Assembly: GCA_963765765.1 (NCBI GenBank)
Contig: CAVXYC010000020.1
Location: 704,001-768,000, forward strand
Direction: 5' to 3'
DNA from: an uncultured Chloroflexia bacterium
GTDB lineage: Bacteria; Chloroflexota; UBA6077; JACCZL01
DNA: 64,000 nt
Position 1 is the first letter of the stretch. Each line of letters starts with the position of its first letter. The notes under the pieces are model-generated. The model made no database searches, was not told the origin of the DNA, and worked only from the letters and a program-made list of their open reading frames with translations. Of this stretch, positions 1 through 10,889 are shown in pieces. The position numbers and the translations under genes are program-made.

Positions 1-2473
1 GACCGCGTGAGCTGCCCGATCGTTTGGCCGGTGTACGTGAGACCCGCTTGGTGACCGGGCCCGGCTCGGCGATAGGCTGAAGGGCTTCGCGCAGTACCTC
101 GTCCACGTGCTCAACGGGAATAAACGTCATCTCCTCACGGAGTTGCTCAGGCACTTCGTCGAGCTCGATCTCATTCCGCTTCGGGAAGATGATTCGACGG
201 ATACCCGCGCGGTGAGCCCCGAGCGCCTTCTCCTTGAGTCCACCGATCGGCAGGACCTTGCCTCGGAGCGTGATCTCGCCAGTCATTGCCACGTCGTCAC
301 GCACCGCTCTGCCAGAGAGCGCCGAAGCCAACGCAGTAGCGATGGTCACACCGGCCGAGGGGCCATCCTTTGGTACCGCGCCGCCGGGGACGTGGATATG
401 CACGTCGTGATCCTCGAAGAACTGCGGCGAAACGCTGAGATCACCCGCTCGAGTCCGTACGTACGAAAGCGCCGCTTCCGCTGACTCGCGCATCACATCG
501 CCGAGTTGGCCGGTGATTCGCAGCTCCTTCTTGCCGGAGATGACGCTCGCTTCCACGAACACGATGTCACCACCGGTCGACGTGACAACCAGTCCCGTGG
601 CGACGCCCGGTCGGTCAATGCGCTCTGCCGCCTCTGCATAGAACCTGGGCCGTCCAAGCTGGGCCTGAACGAATTCAGGCGTCACGACATTTTTCTCGTC
701 GCCTGTGTCGGCGATCTTGGTGGCAGTTTTGCGGCACAGCGCCCCGATCTCGCGCTCCAGGTTCCGCACGCCCGCCTCACGTGTGAAATCCCGAATCACT
801 GATTTCAATCCATCAGGAGTGAACTCGAGCTCATCAGGACTCAGACCGTGCGCCTTGAGCTGTTTCGGAACGAGATAGCGCTGGGCAATGTGCAGCTTCT
901 CTTCCTCGGTGTAACCAGGCAGGCGGATCACTTCCATGCGGTCCTGGAGCGCGGGCGCCACCGTTTCAATCTGGTTCGCAGTGGTGATGAACATCACCTT
1001 TGAGAGATCGAAGGGGACATCGAGGTAGTGATCGCGGAAGTCCTTGTTCTGCTCGGGATCCAGCACTTCCAGCAGCGCGGACGAGGGGTCGCCACGCCAA
1101 TCCATCCCCAGCTTCTCGATCTCATCCAGCAGGATCACCGGGTCGTTCGCCTCAGCACGACGAATGGCCTGGACTACCCGGCCGGGCATAGCGCCTATAT
1201 ACGTGCGCCGGTGACCTCGAATCTCCGACTCATCCCGCACGCCACCCAGTGAAAGGCGCACAAACTTTCGATTAAGTGCGCGGGCAATGCTCTGCCCCAG
1301 ACTGGTCTTACCAACACCGGGAGGCCCCACGAAGCAGAGGATCGGCTCCCGCATGTCGGCATTGCCCTCAGTCGCCACGTTCCGCTCAATCCGGAGCTTG
1401 CGGACCGAGAGATACTCGAGAATGCGCTCCTTGATCTTTTCGAGATCGTAGTGGTCCTCGTTCAGCACCTCGCGGGCACGGGCAATGTCAATCTCCGCGC
1501 CGCTGTTCACGTTCCAGGGCATGCTGGTCAGCCAGTCCAAATACGTCCTGATGACCGAGTGCTCCGGTGAAGCGGTGGGAATGCGCTCAAGGCGCGCGAG
1601 CTCACGAACGGCTTCCTTCTCCACCTCTTCTGGCATATCGGCGGACTCGATCTTCTCTTTGAGCTCGCGGAGCTCTATGGTGGCAGGGTCATCCTCACCA
1701 AGCTCCCGCTGGATCGCCTTCATCTGCTCACGCAGGAGATACTCCCGCTGGTTCTGGTCAATCCGCTCGCGGACCTCAGTCTGGAGCTGCTGCCCGATCT
1801 CCAGGAGGTTGGCTTCCTGATCCAGACCCTCACCAAGCTTCTTGAATAGATCCTGCAGCGAATCCATTTCGAGCTGCTCTACGCGCTGTTCAACGGTGAG
1901 TCCCATGTTGGACGCGATGAGATAGGCCAGAGCTCGGCCGGAGCCGAGATTCAGTGCGCGGCTGGCTAATTCATCGGGCAGGAATGGAGAAAGCGCGATT
2001 AGTCGCTCAAATCGGTGGAGGGCCACGCGTGACAGCGCCTCAGTCTCTTCACCGGGCTCATCCACGTCAAGACGAGGACGAGCCGTAGCAACAATATGTG
2101 GCTGAGCATGAGTGATACCAGTGAGGTCAACCCGTCCAAGGGCCTCGATGAGCACCTGCTGGGTACCGTCCTGTCCACGAAATGCTCGCCGCACCTGAGC
2201 GCGGATTCCTATTGGGAAGAAGTCATCGAGCGATTGCGGACGTGCGTCCGGGTCACGCTGCGATGCGAGCACGATGGCCCCACCATTTTGATTGGCGTGT
2301 TCAATCGCCCGCACAGAACGCGGGCGGCCAACCGTTAACGGAACGGTCGTGAGCGGGTAAACCACCATTTCCCGCAGCGGGAGAACGGGGAGCTCTTCGA
2401 GAACGTCGTCGGTACCGGACTCGGGCGCTTCCTCAGTCCCTGTCGCGGCAACCTCCTGGTCAATTTCCGTCAT
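1..2473 (-). CDS. lon: Lon protease (endopeptidase La), 3' end outside window
   Basis: Manual translation from ATG 2473 (MTEIDQEV...[13 protein letters not shown]): Walker [38 protein letters not shown], protease motif [15 protein letters not shown]. No stop before the window edge, so it is absent from the ORF track. Confidence 0.97.
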   Translation of the reverse strand, partial: MTEIDQEVAATGTEEAPESGTDDVLEELPVLPLREMVVYPLTTVPLTVGRPRSVRAIEHANQNGGAIVLASQRDPDARPQSLDDFFPIGIRAQVRRAFRGQDGTQQVLIEALGRVDLTGITHAQPHIVATARPRLDVDEPGEETEALSRVALHRFERLIALSPFLPDELASRALNLGSGRALAYLIASNMGLTVEQRVEQLEMDSLQDLFKKLGEGLDQEANLLEIGQQLQTEVRERIDQNQREYLLREQMKAIQRELGEDDPATIELRELKEKIESADMPEEVEKEAVRELARLERIPTASPEHSVIRTYLDWLTSMPWNVNSGAEIDIARAREVLNEDHYDLEKIKERILEYLSVRKLRIERNVATEGNADMREPILCFVGPPGVGKTSLGQSIARALNRKFVRLSLGGVRDESEIRGHRRTYIGAMPGRVVQAIRRAEANDPVILLDEIEKLGMDWRGDPSSALLEVLDPEQNKDFRDHYLDVPFDLSKVMFITTANQIETVAPALQDRMEVIRLPGYTEEEKLHIAQRYLVPKQLKAHGLSPDELEFTPDGLKSVIRDFTREAGVRNLEREIGALCRKTATKIADTGDEKNVVTPEFVQAQLGRPRFYAEAAERIDRPGVATGLVVTSTGGDIVFVEASVISGKKELRITGQLGDVMRESAEAALSYVRTRAGDLSVSPQFFEDHDVHIHVPGGAVPKDGPSAGVTIATALASALSGRAVRDDVAMTGEITLRGKVLPIGGLKEKALGAHRAGIRRIIFPKRNEIELDEVPEQLREEMTFIPVEHVDEVLREALQPIAEPGPVTKRVSRTPAKRSGSSRG

Positions 2474-2621
2474 TCATGATCCTTAACGCCCATAGGCGGG
2501 CGGCTCAGCAATTGTCGCATAGTTGGACATGGGTTACCTTCAAGATACGGCAAATAGAAGAAGCCGTACAGCCTGAATTCTGGACGGCTTCGGAAATTCA
2601 CACGCGATACCAAATGTCGCG

Positions 2622-2966
2622 CTATGCTGCTCCTTGCTGCATCTCCTGGAGTCTTTGCATCTCCTGGAGTCTTCGCATCTCCTGGAGTCTCTTTGGTGGT
2701 CGACCCCGTCGAGGGGCCTCATCCGTGAACTCCACCGGCGGAAACTCGTAGCGGGTCTGGAACTCATCGACGTAGCTTGGCCCGCCGCAGCGTGGGCAAT
2801 GAATATTTGCTAATCGATCGAGCGGTACCTCATCAATCGAACCGTCCGCGACAAACGTGGTCCGAGACGGGAATGGCTCCTTGTTTTTGCGGGTCACTCC
2901 CACCATCTGACCGCAGTGGAAGCACTTGACATCCGCTTCGATAAAGATGCGTAGAGCCGTGGTCAT
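2622..2966 (-). CDS. Small Zn-ribbon protein with AT-hook and C-terminal LQEM repeats
   Basis: CFHC...CPRC pairs, PRRGRPPKR, LQEMRR-LQEMQR-LQEMQQ; GGGGAG upstream of ATG 2966 (ORF track extends to GTG 3002). Confidence 0.75.
   Translation of the reverse strand: MTTALRIFIEADVKCFHCGQMVGVTRKNKEPFPSRTTFVADGSIDEVPLDRLANIHCPRCGGPSYVDEFQTRYEFPPVEFTDEAPRRGRPPKRLQEMRRLQEMQRLQEMQQGAA
2639..2692. repeat. 3 x 18-bp in-frame tandem repeat
   Basis: gcatctcctggagtcttt / gcatctcctggagtcttc / gcatctcctggagtctct. Confidence 0.95.
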
Positions 2967-3228
2967 CGTAATGTGTTCTCCCCAGGGACGGCGGGCAGTC
3001 ACCTACCTCGGCGGATCGCAGATCTTCCGCCTGCAACCCTAAACGCGTTGTGTCCCCGCCTTATTCCCAATACGTAAGACGGCGGCATCCGGATCAAGGT
3101 TCCAGCAATAGAGCACAATTTCCTGAGGCTTATGATGAGATTTCTGAAGGGACGATGAGAACGAAGGGGGCAGGAGTTGGGGACGAGGGGTTAAAGAAAG
3201 TAGGATCTCCGTCCCCGGCCTCTAACCC

Positions 3229-4338
3229 CTAGAACACGATTGCCGCGCGGGTGACCTCTCCGACATCCGATTGGCGGAAAGCTTCGCCAATATCGTCCAG
3301 CGAGAACGTGTGCGAGATGACGCGGTCCCAGGGGTACTTCGTGCGGGTTCGCTCCATGAGCTGAAGCGCCTGCTGGAGATGCTCGGCCTCGTAGTAGACC
3401 ATCCCGTACATCGTCCGGTTGCCGAAGATGAGCCACGATGGATCGATCTCATAGGTGAGTCCTGGGCTGATGTTGCCGATCTCCAGATATCGCCCGGTTC
3501 GTCCCACCATTCGCAAGCCCTCGTTGCAAACTCGCGGATGGCCAACAACTTCCACAACGATGTCCGCGCCCCAACCCTCGGTCAGGTCGAGGACACGCTT
3601 GATGCGAGACTCTGGATCGGCCAGCTCTCGGAAGTCCAAGGTGTGATCTGCGCCGAAGCCCTCAGCCAACGCAATCCGCTCAGAGATGCCATCCACCACA
3701 ATGACCTGCCCTGCGCCCATCTCCTTCGCTACGGCCGTGGCATAGACGCCCAGTCCACCGGCGCCCTGGATCACCACCGTCTCGCCGATTTTCAAGCCCG
3801 CGAGCTGCAATCCACCGACGACCTGGGAGAGTGCGCAGTTGGCACCGGCCACCATTACGTCGCTCAGCGAATCCGGCACCTTGAAGACAGCCGCGCCAGG
3901 ACTGAGATAGTGATACTCGCCAAACGCGCCATAGAAGTGTGGGGACTCGTCGCATGAACGCGTGAGATATGACCGCGCAAAGGGGCAGGCGCGAAAGACG
4001 CGCTTGAGGCAGGCGCGACATCGGCCACATGGGTGGAAGTAGCGAAAGACCACGCGGTCGCCGACATGGAGCTCCTCCCCGCCGGTATCGCGGGTGACCC
4101 CGTCACCCAGACGGTAAACCGTCGCCGCCATCTCGTGACCGAGGATCTGCGGGTACGGACGGCCAAAGGCCGCCAGGTCGAATTCCCCTCGCCATTGATG
4201 AAGGTCCGACCCGCACACATTCGCAACAGTCGTCTTCACTAGGATTGCGCCGGGCTCTGGCTCCGGAAGCTCGTACTCTTTGATCTCAAACTGCGTGCCA
4301 GGCCCATAGAATGCGGCCGCGCGCCCGCGCTCGCTCAT
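3229..4338 (-). CDS. Zinc-binding MDR-family alcohol dehydrogenase
   Basis: VCGSDLH, ILGHE, CGRCRAC...C structural Zn motif, GAGGLG Rossmann motif; GGAGG before ATG 4338. Confidence 0.93.
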   Translation of the reverse strand: MSERGRAAAFYGPGTQFEIKEYELPEPEPGAILVKTTVANVCGSDLHQWRGEFDLAAFGRPYPQILGHEMAATVYRLGDGVTRDTGGEELHVGDRVVFRYFHPCGRCRACLKRVFRACPFARSYLTRSCDESPHFYGAFGEYHYLSPGAAVFKVPDSLSDVMVAGANCALSQVVGGLQLAGLKIGETVVIQGAGGLGVYATAVAKEMGAGQVIVVDGISERIALAEGFGADHTLDFRELADPESRIKRVLDLTEGWGADIVVEVVGHPRVCNEGLRMVGRTGRYLEIGNISPGLTYEIDPSWLIFGNRTMYGMVYYEAEHLQQALQLMERTRTKYPWDRVISHTFSLDDIGEAFRQSDVGEVTRAAIVF

Positions 4339-4478
4339 GACTTTAGTCCTCCCGTGTGTTGCTGTTCCCCACCGAGTGTTGGACCACGCTAGACAGTGCA
4401 CGGCGAATCATAATGGTGTGGATGCTGTCGACGTCCGCTCTCCGAGACAGCCGATATACTGGGTCGGGAGTCGACTCA

Positions 4479-5627
4479 ATGCTGCACAATCCCCGATTCG
4501 TCGGGCCGGCTCGCGGACTTGTGACTCTCCTGCTAGTCGGAGTCGCGCTTGCGCTCACAGCGCCGGCACCGCTCCGCGCTCAGGATGACGAGTATCCAGA
4601 TTACCTCTCCTGGTCGCATCCGGGCCCATTTAGGGGTCCTCAGACGCGAGATTTCCCTGTCCGCAGCTTCGCCCCGAACCAGCCAGTTGTCGCCACCTAC
4701 TTTTTCTACTGGTACGACGCCGCGACGTATCGAAATTCGCAGGCCACGCGGAATTTCGATCCGTACCCCTTTCATCCACCCAACCTGGATACGATCAGTT
4801 TCCGAGATCCTGATTGGTACGAGAAGGAGTTTCGGGACATGCTTTCAGCCGGTATTGACGTCGTGCTGCCTGATTACTGGGGCGAGCCGGGGCAGTATCC
4901 GCGGCGGGTGGCCCCTGCTCCAGAGTTGAATTACTTCGCTACTGAGGGCCTAGAGCCAATGGTCACGGCACTGGACCGACTGGCGGCCGAGAACACTGCG
5001 TTGAGCATCGGCCTCTTCCTGGATACCACGATCATGAACGACGAGGATCTCACCTCCGTCCGCGGGCAGGAGATCTTCTATCACAGCATCCGAAACTTCT
5101 ACTCTAAGATTCCCCCAAGGCACTGGGCAGCCATTGATGGCAAGCCGCTCGTCTGGCTCTACGACACGCAGAGAATCTACAAGCTGGACCAGTCCACCCT
5201 CGACTATGTCTACGATCGCTTCCCGTACGACTTCGGGGGCCTGCACCCATTCATCGTCCGCGAATCCCAATGGGAGCGCTCGAAGAACACTGGCGTTGAC
5301 GCCCCGGTTTCGAGTGAAGGCCTCTATGCCTGGGGAGCCGCGCCATTCGGATTCGCCTACGATCCAAAGTTCACCGTGGCTCAAGTTGGACCAGGGTTTT
5401 CATCCGTGCAATTTGGCGGAGCAAATCGCATCTTCGCGGATCGCCGCGGCGGCGCTCACTATGAGGAGCAACTGCAGGCGGCCGTAGCAAGCGGGCGCAC
5501 GATCATGGCAATTGAAACCTGGAATGAGCTCGGTGAGGCCACTGGAATTCTGGAAACGGTGGAGTACGGCCGTCAATACATCGATATGACTCGGCGTTAC
5601 GTCGACCAGTTCAAGCGATCTCAATAG
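4479..5627 (+). CDS. Secreted DUF5010-like / GH99-like TIM-barrel glycoside hydrolase-like protein
   Basis: Signal-peptide-like N-terminus ending LRA|Q; YFFYWY, AGIDVVLPDYWG, AIETWNELGEATGI resemble GH99/GH71-like catalytic regions. Start uncertain. Confidence 0.7.
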   Translation: MLHNPRFVGPARGLVTLLLVGVALALTAPAPLRAQDDEYPDYLSWSHPGPFRGPQTRDFPVRSFAPNQPVVATYFFYWYDAATYRNSQATRNFDPYPFHPPNLDTISFRDPDWYEKEFRDMLSAGIDVVLPDYWGEPGQYPRRVAPAPELNYFATEGLEPMVTALDRLAAENTALSIGLFLDTTIMNDEDLTSVRGQEIFYHSIRNFYSKIPPRHWAAIDGKPLVWLYDTQRIYKLDQSTLDYVYDRFPYDFGGLHPFIVRESQWERSKNTGVDAPVSSEGLYAWGAAPFGFAYDPKFTVAQVGPGFSSVQFGGANRIFADRRGGAHYEEQLQAAVASGRTIMAIETWNELGEATGILETVEYGRQYIDMTRRYVDQFKRSQ

Positions 5628-5940
5628 ACCTTACCGGCTGGCGCCAAAAAACCGCCCTTTTCCTACAGAACCGAATGTACGTTAAGCCGTTTAGCGAGTC
5701 GTGGTTTTGTTAAGATTTTCGCGGTGATGCGCTGGCATAAGTACTGATCGTACCCACGCGCAAATCGGCGCCGCCGCACCCGCATAAAGACGCTTCGAAG
5801 ACGATCCGCAGCGGGATCGTCATAAGTAATGAACGTTTCCCGAACCGCCAGGTGTATTGTCCGTCGAATCCGCTTTCTGCTGACTTCCGTCTGCGCTCGG
5901 GTTAATGACGCTCGCCCTGCTTGGAGCAATGGTATCCATC

Positions 5941-6694
5941 ATGTTGACCATTCGCCTGGATCGCGCCAGCCCCATACCGCTTTACTACCAAATTCAACAA
6001 CAGCTCCGGAAAGCCATCATGTCAGGAGAGCTTGGCCCCGGGGATCCGATTCCGCCCGAGCCGTCGCTGGCTGCCGATGCCGCCGTCTCTCGTTTCACCA
6101 TCCGCCAGGCCATCGACGACCTGGTCCGCGAAGGTCTGGTGGTGCGACACCGCGGCCGCGGCACGTTTGTCACACTTCTCAGCCGCCTCGCCCGCGGCGA
6201 AGCCACTCTCGTCGTTCTCTGAAGCCCTGGGACGACTTGGTGTAACACCTGCCGACACGCTCAAGAGCTTTGGAGAAGGAGCGCCCTCGCCGGGAGCCAG
6301 GACTGCGTTCGGTCTGCGCAACCAGGACGCGGTCGTGAATATCGTGCGCTTGCGCGAGCGAAATGGCGAAGCCGTGGCGCTCGAACACATTACTGTGCCC
6401 ACCTCGGTCGCCCCTGAAATGCGCGAGTCCGACGTGCATGGCTCACCCATTGGAGAGGTGCTTCGGCGCAAATACGGTGTGGAAGTGACACGCGCACACG
6501 AAACGCTTCGCGTGGCTTCACTGGACAAGGAGGCCGCGGAGTCACTCGACGCACGCAGCGGGAGCGCGTCGTTCTTTCTGGAGCGCCAGTCCTTTGCTGG
6601 AGATCGCCTGGTGGAGCTACGCGAGATCCAGATCAGGCCGGATCGGTTTCAGTTCGAGCTCGCGCCGTCGCCCGCGGAGCTCGAACGGGACTAG
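5941..6694 (+). CDS. GntR/HutC-family regulator (wHTH + UTRA), one frameshift near 6170-6190
   Basis: PLYYQI...VSRFTIRQAIDDLVREGLVVRHRGRGTFV in one frame; UTRA-like IVRLRERNGEAVALEH continues in the next frame. Confidence 0.88.
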
Positions 6695-6838
6695 TTCCCG
6701 GACAAGAGGTCAGAGGCTCGAGGTCAGTGGATGGACTGCCGACGCATCGGCAGCCATTCCCACTGACTCTCGAGCCATCTGCACCTCTCGTCTTCGCAGC
6801 GCTATACTGGCCAGACCTTGACCCCGGAGTGTCCGACT

Positions 6839-7799
6839 ATGGCCGCGCGGCCCAAGATTCTCTTTGCCGATGACGTGCACGAGTGTCTTCTGGAAATCTT
6901 CCGAGAAGATCTCCCCGATGGCTTCGATCTGGAAATTCTGGCGCAGGACACGCCTGAAGAGAAGATTCGGGCGATTGAGTCGGCGGACTACGTGATGATC
7001 TGGTCTGGCGGAATTCCTATCGAAGCAATCACCAGGCGCGAAACAGCTCAAGCTGATTCAAAAGTGCGGTCAGGGACTCGACAATCTACCGGTCGAGGAT
7101 GCCAGGAGTCGCGGCATCCCGGTGGCGAACGCTGGCGGAACAAACTCCACTGCCGTAGCCGAGATGGCGATGCTCCTGATGCTGGCCGTGTATCGCCGCT
7201 TGAGCCAGATCGATACAGCGCTTCGATCTGGGACGTTCTACAAGTACGAGCTGCGTACTCATTTCCATGAGATCGAGGACAAAACAGTCGGCATTGTTGG
7301 TCTCGGCACCATTGGGAAGAAGGTCGCGAAGCGGCTCAGCGGTTTCGACTGTCGGACCGTCTACTACGACATCGATCGTCCGGACCCGGTGATCGAGCAA
7401 TCACTCGGCGTCGAATATCTGCCGCTGGATATGCTCTTACGCCAGTCAGACATTCTGACATTGCACGTGCCGCTCACCTCGGATACACGACGGCTCATCG
7501 ATGCCGAATCGCTGTCCATGATGAAATCCTCGGCGGTGGTGATCAACACATCGCGTGGCCCAGTGGTAGATCAGGACGCGCTCTACTCGGCACTCGTGGA
7601 AGGGCGAATCGCGGGGGCCGGTCTGGACGTGTTCGAAAAAGAGCCGCCGGAAGACATGCCGCTGCTACACATGGATCAGGTCGTGCTCAGTCCACACATC
7701 GCCGGCGGCACCATTGAGGCAGCGCGGCGAACAATCCAGGCTGGGTACGAGAACATCCTGCGCGTCCACAACGGCGAGCCGCCGATCAACGTGGCCTGA
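6839..7799 (+). CDS. D-2-hydroxyacid dehydrogenase, frameshift near 7035
   Basis: GIVGLGTIG, LHVPLTSDT, INTSRGPVVD, AGLDVFEKEP, SPHIAG; N-terminus MAARPKILFAD is in a different frame. Confidence 0.9.
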
Positions 7800-7819
7800 T
7801 TCCTTATCGAGTACACAGC

Positions 7820-8980
7820 ATGCCGAACGTGGACCTTTTCCCGTCGTCAATTCTGGGTAGTCTACCTCGGCCTCGATGGCTGATTCAGGTCTTGCGCGAT
7901 CGCGATAAGGGCAACATCCCTGACATCGAGTGGCAGTCATTGGCCGAATACGCAGTGCGTGAGGCCCTGGACATTCAGGAAGGTGCTGCTCTAGACATCA
8001 TCAGCGACGGCGAACAACGACGGGATGGTTTCCTGACGTTTGTTCTGGATCGGTTGTTCGGACTCCGACGTATGTCACTCGAAGAGAGACTCCGCGCTGA
8101 GTATGCCATCGAGACCGACGAGCTTCTCACCGCGTCACACGTCCCAACAAACGCCATCAAGAGTCCAGTCGTCACTGATACCGTACGCGTCCTCAACCCT
8201 CATAAGGGGATCGTGTTGGAAGAGGTTGACTACCTTCGCCAACAAGCCACTCAGAAGATCCGCGTTTCCCTCCCAGGCCCGTACACGCTGTCTCGCACGC
8301 TGTGGACTGAGGCACACTCAAAGCGAGTCTACGAGACGGCGGATGATCTCGCGGGAGACTTGGTGGAATTGCTGCGCGACGAGATCAAACAATTAGCTCA
8401 GCGCAACGTGGCCGTGATCCAAATCGATGAGCCAGCGCTCGCTAGGATCGCTGATCGATCGAGTGGAGCCACCTTTGCCGGAGCCTTTCTCCCGGCCGCT
8501 ACGAACCTCGAACTTGAGCGTTCCTCCGCGATTACGCTTGTCAACGCGCTGACCGCCGGAAACAACAGTGTCCCGATAATGCTCCACGTAAGTAAGTCAT
8601 CCTGGTCTCGGTCGGACACCGTCTCGCATTCCGTGGATCTGCATGCCCTTGAGCCGCTGGTAGAGCGACTCGATGTTGCGCAGCTTGCTCTTGGGGCCTT
8701 TGATCCCGATGACGCTGAAATGGAGATACTCGGACGGTTGAGTCAATCGAAATCAATCGCGCTTAGCGTGGTGAGCGCATGGTCAGACGCTGTGGAATCT
8801 CCGGAACTGATTGTGGAACGTACTCAGCGCGCACTGAAGTACATCCAGTCCGAGCGCATCATCCTCGCCCCTGATACCGGCTTCGCGCCATTTGCCGAAC
8901 GGAATCTCACTACCAGCGAGACGGCCAAGGCGAAGCTGGAATCGATGGCCGAAGCCTCACGACACCTGCGAGGTGGGTAA
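7820..8980 (+). CDS. Cobalamin-independent methionine synthase (MetE C-terminal-type) homologue with degenerate Zn site
   Basis: GSLPRP, DIISDGEQRR, IQIDEP, VESPELI, APDTGF, AKAKLESM; HxC reads HVS and PDCG reads PDTG. Confidence 0.85.
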   Translation: MPNVDLFPSSILGSLPRPRWLIQVLRDRDKGNIPDIEWQSLAEYAVREALDIQEGAALDIISDGEQRRDGFLTFVLDRLFGLRRMSLEERLRAEYAIETDELLTASHVPTNAIKSPVVTDTVRVLNPHKGIVLEEVDYLRQQATQKIRVSLPGPYTLSRTLWTEAHSKRVYETADDLAGDLVELLRDEIKQLAQRNVAVIQIDEPALARIADRSSGATFAGAFLPAATNLELERSSAITLVNALTAGNNSVPIMLHVSKSSWSRSDTVSHSVDLHALEPLVERLDVAQLALGAFDPDDAEMEILGRLSQSKSIALSVVSAWSDAVESPELIVERTQRALKYIQSERIILAPDTGFAPFAERNLTTSETAKAKLESMAEASRHLRGG

Positions 8981-9114
8981 AGGCGAACGCAGATTCGATA
9001 GCCGTAGAGCTCTCCTGAGGGCGCCTCACCACTGAAGATAAACATCCGCGAACTCAGTGTGGACCGACGGTGGGACAGGCGTCTCGATGAAAAGCCGGTG
9101 GCTATCTTAAAAAC

Positions 9115-9219
9115 AGCGGGCCCTGTCATCTTGAGCCGCGGCGAAAGATCTATCCATCCGGGATCTTGGAATCCGGTGGGGCAAACCTATCGCCGCGGCT
9201 CAAGATGACAAGGCCCGCT
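9115..9219. repeat. REP-like palindromic element (TGTCATC-TGAGC family), copy 1
   Basis: 30-bp inverted repeat agcgggccctgtcatcttgagccgcggcga / tcgccgcggctcaagatgacaaggcccgct with one mismatch, between convergent genes. Confidence 0.85.
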
Positions 9220-9257
9220 CTACGACTATCTGGGTCGTTCAGCGACGTGCTGCAAAG

Positions 9258-10346
9258 CTATCCCTCGAAGCGCCCGGTTACCTCCTGGCGACCACCGTTC
9301 AGCTCAAACGCTTCCTCGCGGAAGAGCCCCAGCGCCTTGTGGATGGGCGAGTCCTGGATAGAGAACAGGACTACATCTTCATCGCCATCGTTGCCGTGCT
9401 CGTGCCAGGCCCACTGGGGGATTACGAGGTAGTCGCCGCGCTGCCATTCGAAGCGCTGTCCATTGATCACCGAGTATCCGCTTCCCTGATGTACGTGATA
9501 GACAACACTATTCGTGTGGCGATGCGCGAGCGTGTGGGAGCCCGGCGCAAACGACTGGATCCAACAATCGATTGTCGGCAGCACTGGCCCGCCAGTGTGC
9601 GGATGCAAGTACTGTAGAGCGATGCCGTCGTAGGGACTGCCCTCCACACCACGCATCGACCGGAGCGCCTGCTCTGTCTGAGTCCAGGGATACACGAGTA
9701 ACGGCGAGTATTCGACTTGCGGCCGCGCCCAGGTCGGCTGGAGTGAGCCCGAGCCAAACAGCGTCAGTGAATTGTTGTCAGGCCGGGTGGTGGGAAAACC
9801 CACCTCTTTCCACGGCTGGAAGAATACTGAGTTGAGCGAGCGGACGAACGGCACATCAAGGCCATCCATCCAGATCACGCGGTGATCGGTATCGTTACCG
9901 TGATCGTGCCAGGAGAAGTTCGGCGTCAACACCAGGTCACCGGGCATCATGATGCAACGCTCGCCATCCACCGCCGAGTAAGCCCCTTCCCCTTCCATGA
10001 TGAAGCGGATTGCAGAGGGGCTGTGGCGGTGCGCGGGAGCACGCTCCGCCGGGAGAAGCAGCTGCACCGCGGCAACGAGCGTATCAGTGGTAGCCCATTC
10101 GCCGCCCAAACCGGGATTGGCAAGCTGTAGCGCCCGTCGCTCTCCACCGCGCTCAATCGGGACCAGCTCACCCGATCGCTCCAGGAGAGGCTCCAGCTCC
10201 GTCCAGCGCCAGATGTGCGGGACGATGCGCGTCGTCGGCTCAGGCGTCATCAGACTCGCAATCTTCCACAGCGGAAGCGCGTTTGCCTGAGCGAGATCAT
10301 CGTACAGCTGTTCTTCAAGCACCGTCTCGTCAACGTGAATGGCCAT
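9258..10346 (-). CDS. gtdA: Gentisate 1,2-dioxygenase-like bicupin
   Basis: GERRALQLANPGL, APAHRHSPSAIRF, WHDHGN, WMDGLDVP, AHRHT, WAWHEH; AAGGAG before ATG 10346. Confidence 0.85.
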   Translation of the reverse strand: MAIHVDETVLEEQLYDDLAQANALPLWKIASLMTPEPTTRIVPHIWRWTELEPLLERSGELVPIERGGERRALQLANPGLGGEWATTDTLVAAVQLLLPAERAPAHRHSPSAIRFIMEGEGAYSAVDGERCIMMPGDLVLTPNFSWHDHGNDTDHRVIWMDGLDVPFVRSLNSVFFQPWKEVGFPTTRPDNNSLTLFGSGSLQPTWARPQVEYSPLLVYPWTQTEQALRSMRGVEGSPYDGIALQYLHPHTGGPVLPTIDCWIQSFAPGSHTLAHRHTNSVVYHVHQGSGYSVINGQRFEWQRGDYLVIPQWAWHEHGNDGDEDVVLFSIQDSPIHKALGLFREEAFELNGGRQEVTGRFEG

Positions 10347-10539
10347 CAGTGTCTCCTTCACGGCCGCCCCGCCCAACCCCGCGGATCAAGCGCATGGGCA
10401 CCCTGAGATTATAGGTGCGCTGTAATCAATCAGAAACGGATCTGGCGTAATTTCGGACAGGACTCGATGGTACAACCGCCGCCATCAGCGCGCGGCAAGC
10501 GATCGGGGACCGCTCATCGGGATCGGCTTCGCATGCGGC

Positions 10540-10889
10540 GTCCTTACAGTGGTCGCGACGTCGAGTCCTCTCCCGCTGGCAAACATTCCTGCCCACGGGA
10601 TCGGGTTCCTCGTTGCGGCAGCGCTGACAAAAGCATTCTCCGAACAGACCCAGGAGCTCATGCACTCGTGGAGCAAGGCGTCATGGGTCGAATCCGAGGG
10701 CTGGTCCCTATCTTTCTTCCGCTCATCCTGAGTGCAATCGACCGCGCCGATACGTTTGGAAGGGTGCTCGAGATTCGCGGTATCGCGCGGAGGCGCTTTC
10801 GTCCTGAGTTTCCTCCACTGAGTCGCTCGCCCTGGGCGCTTCTGGGTCTCGCGGCGATCACGCTCATCTCGGTTGCGCTATTTCCATGA
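10540..10889 (+). pseudogene. Fragment resembling an ECF transporter T-component C-terminus
   Basis: RIRGLVPIFLPLILSAIDRADTFGRVLEIRG plus a terminal TM helix; no recognisable intact N-terminus. Confidence 0.45.

Noticed and set aside
2639-2692. Direct repeats as a mini-CRISPR
   Set aside because: 18-bp units with no spacers, in frame within a CDS, and no cas genes.
107-2751. Several + strand ORFs over the lon region
   Set aside because: Antisense shadows of lon; the same applies to most short overlapping ORFs in the track.
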